DNA from: Candidatus Zixiibacteriota bacterium | GTDB lineage: Bacteria; Zixibacteria; MSB-5A5; CAIYYT01 | Direction of reading: 5' to 3' | DNA length: 12,617 nt | Assembly: GCA_040235515.1 (NCBI GenBank) | Contig: JBECKX010000030.1 | Location: forward strand, 1 to 12,617 | Part shown: piece by piece, positions 1 to 5,721 of the stretch | Numbering within the stretch: position 1 is the first letter of the stretch | How the letters are laid out: each line of letters opens with the position of its first letter | Made by a program: the position numbers and the translations under genes | The notes under the pieces: model-generated | Told to the model about the DNA's origin: nothing | Database searches by the model: none | Seen by the model: the letters and a program-made list of their open reading frames with translations, nothing else

Positions 1-807
1 ACGCTATCCGGGTATGCCGCCCTCGGTGCCGGTGTCGTTACCGTCTCGGTGGGGGCGTACGCCAAACTGGTCCATCAAGGGGAACTGGGGGATGAGTTCT
101 TTTACGGCGTACTGATCGGCGCAGGTGCGGTCTGGCTGCTGGCTGCCGTGGTCTTTGCGACATTGAAGGAAGCCCCCGGCGCAACCGAGGGGGGAGGGAA
201 TGCCTGGCGTAGTGCACTCAAGAGCACCAAGCTGCTCGTGACCGACCAACAGTTCCGGCATTTCGTCGTGACTCGTGCGCTGCTGCTCTCCACCGCGCTT
301 TCGCTGCCCTTTTATGCTGCTCTTGCCAACGAGAACAGTGGCGCCACTGCTTCCGGCCTGGGATTGATGTTTGTCGCCAGCGGACTGGGCGGGGCGATCA
401 GCGCACCGATCTGGGGCCGCTTCGCTGATCGTTCCAGCAGGCTTGTCATGGTGTGCTCGGCGCTTCTGACAGCAGTGCTCGGGATCTGCGTCAGCGTGCT
501 GACAGCCGTCAGCTCAGACTTACTGAGGGTTGACTATACTTATGCCATCTTTTTCCTGGTGATGGGCATTGCGCATGGTGGGGCGCGGCTCGGTCGCAAA
601 ACGTACCTGATCGATATGGCAACCCCCCGCACGCGCGCTTCCTACGTTGCGCTCAGCAACACCGTCATCGGCATGCTGCTACTTGTCGGCAGTGCATTCG
701 GATTGATCGCGCAGACCTTCGGGACAATCTACGCCCTCGCCAGTCTCGCCTTCGTCGCCTTGATCGCTTCACTCAGCGGATTGAGACTGCCGGAGGTAGA
801 GCGTTAA
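1..807 (+). CDS. MFS transporter (5'-truncated by window edge)
   Basis: Frame 1 is open from base 1 (TLSGYAALGAGVVTVSVGAY...) to TAA at 805-807, so the GTG at 49 is internal. Many hydrophobic helices and an MFS motif-A-like loop WGRFADRSSR. Confidence 0.88.
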   Translation, partial: TLSGYAALGAGVVTVSVGAYAKLVHQGELGDEFFYGVLIGAGAVWLLAAVVFATLKEAPGATEGGGNAWRSALKSTKLLVTDQQFRHFVVTRALLLSTALSLPFYAALANENSGATASGLGLMFVASGLGGAISAPIWGRFADRSSRLVMVCSALLTAVLGICVSVLTAVSSDLLRVDYTYAIFFLVMGIAHGGARLGRKTYLIDMATPRTRASYVALSNTVIGMLLLVGSAFGLIAQTFGTIYALASLAFVALIASLSGLRLPEVER

Positions 808-936
808 CCGTTGCGGGTCGTTCTAATTCGAGCAGACTAAATTACCGGCAATCGCCGCCGGAATCCCGTATAAGAAACAACCGCAGGATGGAATTCGCGT
901 ATCGACAGTTAGAGGGCCCCACAGGCTCGTTGCAGA

Positions 937-942
937 AAGGAG
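937..942 (+). promoter_or_regulatory. Shine-Dalgarno for the 954 ORF
   Basis: AAGGAG 11 nt upstream of ATG 954. Confidence 0.65.
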
Positions 943-953
943 ACTAGTTCACG

Positions 954-1307
954 ATGCTGGCAAGACTTGTCATCAGGCTTCTGATTAACGCGGTCGCGCT
1001 TTGGGCGGCGGCAAGCTGGATCGATGGAATCGTTTTCGATGGCACGATCGTTGAGATGATCATCGTTGCCGGCATATTCGGACTGATCAACGCGATCATC
1101 AAACCAATCATCAACTTCTTCGCGTTTCCCTTTATCCTCCTGACGCTCGGACTGCTGACGCTGGTGATTAACGCTGCGATGCTGTGGCTCACCGCTGCCT
1201 TCACGCCCGCGCTGCAAGTGCAAGGGTTGATCGCGGCCGTGTTGGGTAGTATCGTGATCTCCGTGGTGAGCTTCTTCCTCAGCATCCTCCTTGACCACAA
1301 GCGATGA
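954..1307 (+). CDS. YvlD-like 4-TM membrane protein (Phage_holin_4_2 family)
   Basis: 117 aa, four hydrophobic segments, family signature GLINAIIKPII...P..ILLTLGLLTLVINAAML. SD present. Confidence 0.9.
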   Translation: MLARLVIRLLINAVALWAAASWIDGIVFDGTIVEMIIVAGIFGLINAIIKPIINFFAFPFILLTLGLLTLVINAAMLWLTAAFTPALQVQGLIAAVLGSIVISVVSFFLSILLDHKR

Positions 1308-1326
1308 TGCGCGCGTGTAGCGTCGG

Positions 1327-2148
1327 CTACTCGCCGGGGGCGCTCTCGGTATAGTCGAGTTCTGACCCCAGAACGCTGTGGGGGATCAGGTAGACCGCGA
1401 AATGGACGATGGTTGCAGTGATGAACCAGCCGCGTGCGTTCCTGCCACCCCGACTCCGCCAGAGGGCGATGATCCAGAACAAAAATGCGAAGGCCGTCTT
1501 GTTGTCGGTGAGATCCTTGCCGAAGGGCCAGCCTGTCCAGTAAGCTCCGAACGCATACTTCTGCACGATCGGTCCCAGAATCAGCCCCCCGATAAATAGC
1601 AGGATTGTCGTGACGACTGCCAGTTTCAGTGGTCGATCGTTGCGGACAAGCGTTTGCAGGCCGGTTCGTGCCGCGAATAGCATGGAGAAGAACATGAAGC
1701 AGACGTGTGGGATCAAGACGGCCAGCGGGACAGCGCCCTTGAATCTGATGACGACAGGTTGTTCGGTGAGTGAGTAGCGCTCGCCGTGAGGGCCGTCGAT
1801 TACTACACGATAGCGCACCTTGCCCGCCGGTGGCTGCTGCGGAATGGCAGCGCCTAGTGAGTCGCCTTCCGGCATGAAGATCAAGCGTTGCCAGCGATCC
1901 CTGCTGTTGACCCGTTGCCACTCGAGGATGCCGCGATATCCGGTCGGGAGCCGCAGCCCGAGCCCGGCGTCGATGCCGGAATCATGGGTCGTGGGAAGAA
2001 GATAGCTGACCGGAACCCCGTCCAGGGTCAGTTCGCCCTTGACCGGATAAGACGGTCCGGTCATTCTTTGATAGGCGGCTGACGCCAGCGTAATCACGAC
2101 AGCCACTACCCACAGCAGGATAGATCTGCCAGTTGAACGCTCTACCAT
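1327..2148 (-). CDS. Uncharacterised membrane protein (N-terminal TM, extracytoplasmic domain, 4 further TMs); possible divergent CcmC/CcsA-like heme-handling protein
   Basis: 273-aa ORF with AGGAG (complement of 2161-2165) upstream of the ATG. Trp-rich loop YAFGAYWTGWPFGKD lies between His148 and His257. The function call is inference. Confidence 0.8.
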   Translation of the reverse strand: MVERSTGRSILLWVVAVVITLASAAYQRMTGPSYPVKGELTLDGVPVSYLLPTTHDSGIDAGLGLRLPTGYRGILEWQRVNSRDRWQRLIFMPEGDSLGAAIPQQPPAGKVRYRVVIDGPHGERYSLTEQPVVIRFKGAVPLAVLIPHVCFMFFSMLFAARTGLQTLVRNDRPLKLAVVTTILLFIGGLILGPIVQKYAFGAYWTGWPFGKDLTDNKTAFAFLFWIIALWRSRGGRNARGWFITATIVHFAVYLIPHSVLGSELDYTESAPGE

Positions 2149-2314
2149 GTTGCCGTCACACTCCTGAGTAAGCGACCCGCGCTTGTAAGCTCTCGACGAA
2201 GGTAGTCAAATCAGCGCTCCTCCGCAATTCCGACCTTGGCTTCACTCCAGCCGGGGTTCCGGTTTCGCTGGAAATGAATTGCGATCCGCTACTTGAACAG
2301 TTTCATTGTCCACA

Positions 2315-3436
2315 ATGCAAACGACTCGAATCACTGCGTTCCGGCGACTCATGGCGGGCGTGCTTGTGGTGGTACCTGTGCTGCTCTCATGTCTCGAGAG
2401 TCGTGTCGATTCCGTGAGCGAACGGGCGGAGCTTACTGAGGCTTCCGGTATCTGTGTCGCCGACGGCAAACTTCTGCTCGTGGGTGATGACTCCGATGGA
2501 CGCTACTTCGAGTACCCGTTACCGCACACCGACTGCCCCATCATTCCGCTGGACCCTGGGCGATTGCGGGAGATCCCACTGAAGGGCGCCGAACTGGCGA
2601 TGGACCTCGAATCGATCGACCTGCTGGCGGATGGCCGCATCGCGGTTCTTTCCGAGCAACTGCGTTGTCTGATTTCGAAGCGAAGTGGCGGCAACGATCG
2701 CTACGGCGTAGTCGCAGAATACGATAAAAGCGTTACCGAATTGGGCAACCGGGGGCTGGAAGGTCTCGCGGTCAAGGCGGTTGATCGCCAAGCCTCGCTG
2801 GTAGCGGTTGTCTGGGAAGGTGGTTATCCCGGTTACCACTACCTCCCCGAGGAATGGCGCGACGAGATCAGCAGGCGGGCATTGGAACCTGTTGTAATCG
2901 TGCACCGGATCGATGCGAACAGTGCCTCGGGGTGGGTCGATAAGCCACTCTTCAAATTCAAACTCACTACCCCGAAAGACACCAACTCCATGCCGCTGGC
3001 GCAGCGCTATCGCGCTCCAGATCTCGTTTGGTATGAACACGAGAGCGACAGCGGACTGGTCGACGGGCTGATCGTGCTGCTCGAATCGGAGAACGCGCCG
3101 GAACCGAATTCCGGTAATGAGCCGCGTTACCTGAGCAAGATACTCCAGCGATACGATATGACCGGCAACCCGATCGGCGCGCCGGTTGAGATCAACGAAT
3201 TGGTAAAGCAAGTCATACCGGGCAATCTCGATGAATTGAAGGCGTGTTGTTCCAAAGAGATGCGCGCGCATCTGAAGAATGTGCTCGCTAAACTCGATGC
3301 GGGCAACTGGGAGAATGTCAACTGGGAGGGCATGTCGTGGTATGAGCGGGGCAGGAGCCTGATCATCGTCTATGATTCCTATCCCGCAGATCCACCGATA
3401 GCGTTCATCATTCCCGTGCCTGAGGAGTGGCGCTAA
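2315..3436 (+). CDS. Putative lipoprotein, beta-propeller of the phytase-like esterase / SdiA-regulated / DUF3616 type
   Basis: Basic N-terminus, hydrophobic stretch and lipobox-like LLSC. Repeated acidic blade motifs EASGI..LLLVGDD, DLESI..IAVLSE, NRGLEGLAV..VVWE, NWEGMSW..IVYD. Start uncertain (TTG 2306, ATG 2315 or ATG 2351). Confidence 0.72.
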   Translation: MQTTRITAFRRLMAGVLVVVPVLLSCLESRVDSVSERAELTEASGICVADGKLLLVGDDSDGRYFEYPLPHTDCPIIPLDPGRLREIPLKGAELAMDLESIDLLADGRIAVLSEQLRCLISKRSGGNDRYGVVAEYDKSVTELGNRGLEGLAVKAVDRQASLVAVVWEGGYPGYHYLPEEWRDEISRRALEPVVIVHRIDANSASGWVDKPLFKFKLTTPKDTNSMPLAQRYRAPDLVWYEHESDSGLVDGLIVLLESENAPEPNSGNEPRYLSKILQRYDMTGNPIGAPVEINELVKQVIPGNLDELKACCSKEMRAHLKNVLAKLDAGNWENVNWEGMSWYERGRSLIIVYDSYPADPPIAFIIPVPEEWR

Positions 3437-3451
3437 CAGCGGCTGACGATC

Positions 3452-4660
3452 ATGGGCAACAAAACTTCAGCGTACATCGGCCTTGCACTTGTCCTCGGTT
3501 ACTGGGCGTATGCCATTATCAGCATCAGTACCGGAGCGGTCGCAGGGAAGGAATCACAGTGGGATTTCAAGACCTACTACTATGCGGCCAAAGTCGACGC
3601 GATGGGGGGTGATCCGTACAGCGTCGATGCTCTCAATAGTGTGGCTCCGGAGCAGATCGCACTGCCGTACGTCTATCCTCCGTTAACCATCTACTTCTTC
3701 AGGGTGTTCGCGCTCTTTGACTGGAGCACAGCTTTTCAGCTCTGGCTCTGGCTCAAAGTGATACTTGCTGCGCTACTGGTGATCCTGTGGCGAGCCTCAT
3801 TTTACAATGGCGGATCCTCAGCCCTCTTTCTGCTGTTTGCGCTGCTGGCATTCACTTCCGCGATCTATTGGGACCTGCTCACCGGTAATGTAAGCCTGGT
3901 CGAGCAGATTTTGCTCTGGCTCGGATTTCTCTTTTTCATCAAGAGAAGAAGCATTCCCTTCGTTATCCTGATACTGCTGGCATCTTTCTTTAAGTTCACC
4001 TATCTCGCATTCCTGATTCTGTTGTTGATGCTACCGAAGCGGCAGCGGGTGGTTGCAGGTGGCCTCGGGCTGATTGGTGCAGGGGGTTATGCAGCCGCGA
4101 GCTATCTCGTGGATCCGGAGCGTTTTGCCAGCTTTCTGACACTCGTGCGACTGATCAAGGAAGGTGGCGCGGAGTACAATCACTCGATGCTCGCCTTCCT
4201 GACCGACACCTCTAATCTGATTGCTGCCTCGACCGGAACCACGCCTTTGCCTCAGGGAGTAGTCGTAGCATTGTATCTGCTGCTCGTCGTTGCAGTAGTG
4301 CTTGCGACTACCAGATTCTGGCGTCGCTATGGTGCGACGGGGGAAACCAGGGACAGCAGCTCGGTTCTGATCGTGTTTATGGTCTGCATTGTCTATGCCG
4401 TTATCGCGCCACGCATGAAATCATACAGTTACATCCTGCTGATCCTGCCGGCATTCTATTTTGTCCGAGAGTACGCGAAGTCTTACGCCTTGTTGTTCGC
4501 CTTCATGCTGCTCTCACTTGGCAAGTGGACGCCATTGCCGACGGTGGATGCTGTGCGGCTGCTCTGGTGGCATTACCCCTGGCTGCTGGCACTGCTGTTG
4601 TGGATATTGATGCTGAAGGAATTGAAGCGGCGTAGAGTTCCGGCCGAAGTGAGCCCCTAA
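3452..4660 (+). CDS. Glycosyltransferase family 87 (DUF2029, GT-C fold) membrane protein
   Basis: 402 aa, polytopic. Motifs DFKTYYYAA, GGDPY, YVYPP, GNVS and FK are typical of GT87/PimE-like enzymes. Starts 15 nt after the lipoprotein stop. Confidence 0.85.
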   Translation: MGNKTSAYIGLALVLGYWAYAIISISTGAVAGKESQWDFKTYYYAAKVDAMGGDPYSVDALNSVAPEQIALPYVYPPLTIYFFRVFALFDWSTAFQLWLWLKVILAALLVILWRASFYNGGSSALFLLFALLAFTSAIYWDLLTGNVSLVEQILLWLGFLFFIKRRSIPFVILILLASFFKFTYLAFLILLLMLPKRQRVVAGGLGLIGAGGYAAASYLVDPERFASFLTLVRLIKEGGAEYNHSMLAFLTDTSNLIAASTGTTPLPQGVVVALYLLLVVAVVLATTRFWRRYGATGETRDSSSVLIVFMVCIVYAVIAPRMKSYSYILLILPAFYFVREYAKSYALLFAFMLLSLGKWTPLPTVDAVRLLWWHYPWLLALLLWILMLKELKRRRVPAEVSP

Positions 4661-4758
4661 AATAGCAGGAGCCCTCAGCTCAGTTACCATTTACTGACGG
4701 AGAGCTCCATGCACCGATGTAGAATGACTAACGAGGACGCTTGTAAGCAATTCCTCGC
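4659..4758 (-). ncRNA. Candidate small RNA 2 (~100 nt)
   Basis: 5' hairpin GCGAGGA/UCCUCGU, a single-stranded linker, then a 3' hairpin GGAGCUCUC/GAGGGCUCC with inner UCAGU/ACUGA, then UAUUUU. The G.U pairs form only on the minus strand. An extended -10 element lies directly upstream. Confidence 0.45.
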
Positions 4759-4762
4759 CTCC

Positions 4763-4771
4763 ATTGTAACA
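4763..4771 (-). promoter_or_regulatory. Extended -10 promoter (TGnTACAAT)
   Basis: Minus strand reads TGTTACAAT; predicted +1 near 4756. No convincing -35. Confidence 0.45.
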
Positions 4772-4865
4772 GAGCTATTTGAATCGCGTTTCGTACATTT
4801 TCAGAAAAGGTAAGCTTTCCGCGAAACTCATCTCAAAACCATAAAATCAATCTGAAAAAACCGAT

Positions 4866-4913
4866 AAAAAAAGATCAAGGGAACTCCTCCCTCACCAAGG
4901 AGTTCCCTGATCT
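4866..4913 (-). terminator. Rho-independent terminator
   Basis: Perfect 11-bp inverted repeat AGGGAACTCCT (4878-4888) / AGGAGTTCCCT (4898-4908), extended by AGATC/GATCT across a one-base bulge, followed on the minus strand by a 7-U run (4872-4866). Confidence 0.85.
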
Positions 4914-4969
4914 CCTCCTCATCAGTACCCTTCACCGCCATTATGTTTCTTAAGAGTAACTGACTTCGA
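4866..4969 (-). ncRNA. Candidate sigma54-dependent small RNA 1 (~104 nt)
   Basis: Bounded by a -24/-12 promoter and an intrinsic terminator, with no SD-led ORF. Contains a 12-bp hairpin GUCAG(U)UACUCUU / AAGGGUACUGAU with two G.U pairs. Confidence 0.6.
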
Positions 4970-4979
4970 CATACTGTAT

Positions 4980-4995
4980 AGCAGAGATCATGCCG
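4980..4995 (-). promoter_or_regulatory. Sigma54 (-24/-12) promoter
   Basis: Minus strand CGGCATGATCTCTGCT versus consensus TGGCACGNNNNTTGCW. Exact GG-N10-GC spacing; predicted +1 near 4969. Confidence 0.65.
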
Positions 4996-5022
4996 AGACT
5001 GCGATCCGCGAAATTTAAGATG

Positions 5023-5047
5023 TAAGTTACTGATAAATAAGTAGTTG
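5023..5047. promoter_or_regulatory. IHF-like binding site(s)
   Basis: Minus strand 5035-5023 is TATCAGTAACTTA, matching WATCARNNNNTTR. A weaker overlapping copy in the opposite orientation, AAATAAGTAGTTG, lies at 5035-5047. Confidence 0.55.
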
Positions 5048-5075
5048 CAGGGGTGACATACATTTTCAGAGCAGG

Positions 5076-5105
5076 TCGCTGTCAGCGAATTCGCAGAAAC
5101 TGCGA
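5076..5105. promoter_or_regulatory. Tandem palindromes, candidate enhancer-binding-protein sites (UAS)
   Basis: TCGCTG-T-CAGCGA (5076-5088) and TCGCAG-AAA-CTGCGA (5091-5105), about 107-136 bp upstream of the predicted sigma54 start. Confidence 0.5.
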
Positions 5106-5349
5106 CTGTCTGTCACCCGCCAGAGCCTAGCGAATCGCACGTAACATATTGTTTAACAATAGAATAGGGGCACGCAGCCTTTGCGCCGCCCGCTGGCCAT
5201 TTCTGCCGCAAAAACTGGGGCGTTCGGGTATCACCTTGCCCCATAATGGGATGAAACTACCGGCGAATCCGGGCGAGGTCGAGGCTGGTTGCGCTGGATG
5301 GGGCGCAAAGCATGGTTGTGCCGAGGCGATACAGAGTAGCGGTCGCAGG

Positions 5350-5682
5350 CTACTGGTCGAACTCGTCCGCTTCCAATACCATCTTCTTCTTAAACACGAT
5401 CGGCCGCTCTTTGGAAATTCCCCTTGATGGAGTGCAGACAAGATAGACCTGACGTTTGTGGTCCCATAGAATCGCGATCACGAGTTCGTCATTGTGGAAG
5501 CAGTTCATTCCCACACGAATCTCCTGCTGTTCTTCGGGGGAGTATTTTTCATGAATCAGAAGGCGGTGAAAGCGCCGCTCGGAGAGTTCGCAGCCGGAGG
5601 ATTGAATCACGAACCGTCTGATGTCGCTGTAAATCGACTCGGCCTCGGTCGCATCCTCCGCAAAGGGAATGAAGAATCTCAT
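5350..5682 (-). CDS. Hypothetical protein (110 aa)
   Basis: Globular, protein-like composition (MRFFIPFAEDATEAESIYSDIRRFV...VIAILWD...YLVCTPSRG). A sigma70 promoter abuts its ATG. Confidence 0.75.
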   Translation of the reverse strand: MRFFIPFAEDATEAESIYSDIRRFVIQSSGCELSERRFHRLLIHEKYSPEEQQEIRVGMNCFHNDELVIAILWDHKRQVYLVCTPSRGISKERPIVFKKKMVLEADEFDQ

Positions 5683-5688
5683 GGGATT

Positions 5689-5716
5689 AGTATAACGTGA
5701 TTGAGCCAGGATGCAA
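5689..5716 (-). promoter_or_regulatory. Sigma70-type promoter, probably giving a leaderless mRNA
   Basis: TTGCAT (5716-5711), 16-nt spacer, TATACT (5694-5689), 6 nt, then ATG at 5682. Confidence 0.6.
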
Positions 5717-5721
5717 GCTGC

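Noticed and set aside
954..1307. Prophage, suggested by the holin family name
   Set aside because: YvlD-like genes are common chromosomal genes, and there is no endolysin, integrase or structural phage gene nearby.
944..1921. 325-aa minus-strand ORF and other long shadow ORFs (909-1298, 2519-3271, 7816-8526, 10877-11338)
   Set aside because: Alternate-frame or antisense shadows of well-supported genes, expected in GC-rich DNA, with no recognisable motifs.
2241..2278. Imperfect hairpin in the divergent intergenic region
   Set aside because: Short interrupted stems and no U-tract; not distinguishable from chance.
2180..4748. CGCTTGTAAGC present at 2180-2190 and 4738-4748
   Set aside because: An 11-mer repeated once in 12.6 kb is expected by chance, and there is no third copy.
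4660..4780. AAATAGC/GCTATTT outer helix suggesting a multibranch riboswitch
   Set aside because: Only 7 bp and AT-rich, no known aptamer motif, and no well-supported downstream gene to regulate.
4828..4941. 37-aa minus-strand ORF MAVKGTDEEEIRELLGEGGVPLIFFYRFFQIDFMVLR
   Set aside because: No SD, and it runs straight through the terminator hairpin and U-tract.
5168..5185. Plus-strand sigma54-like GGCACG...TTGC
   Set aside because: GG-to-GC spacing is 12 nt, not the required 10.
4661..5349. CRISPR array, tRNA, tmRNA, retron msr-msd or integron attC site in the large intergenic gap
   Set aside because: No regularly spaced repeats, no tRNA T-loop/cloverleaf, no attC core sites seen, and no cas, reverse transcriptase or integrase gene in the window.
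5127..5441. ORFs 5127-5441 (-) and 5149-5427 (+)
   Set aside because: They overlap the better 110-aa gene and the regulatory elements, have non-ATG starts and look unlike real proteins.
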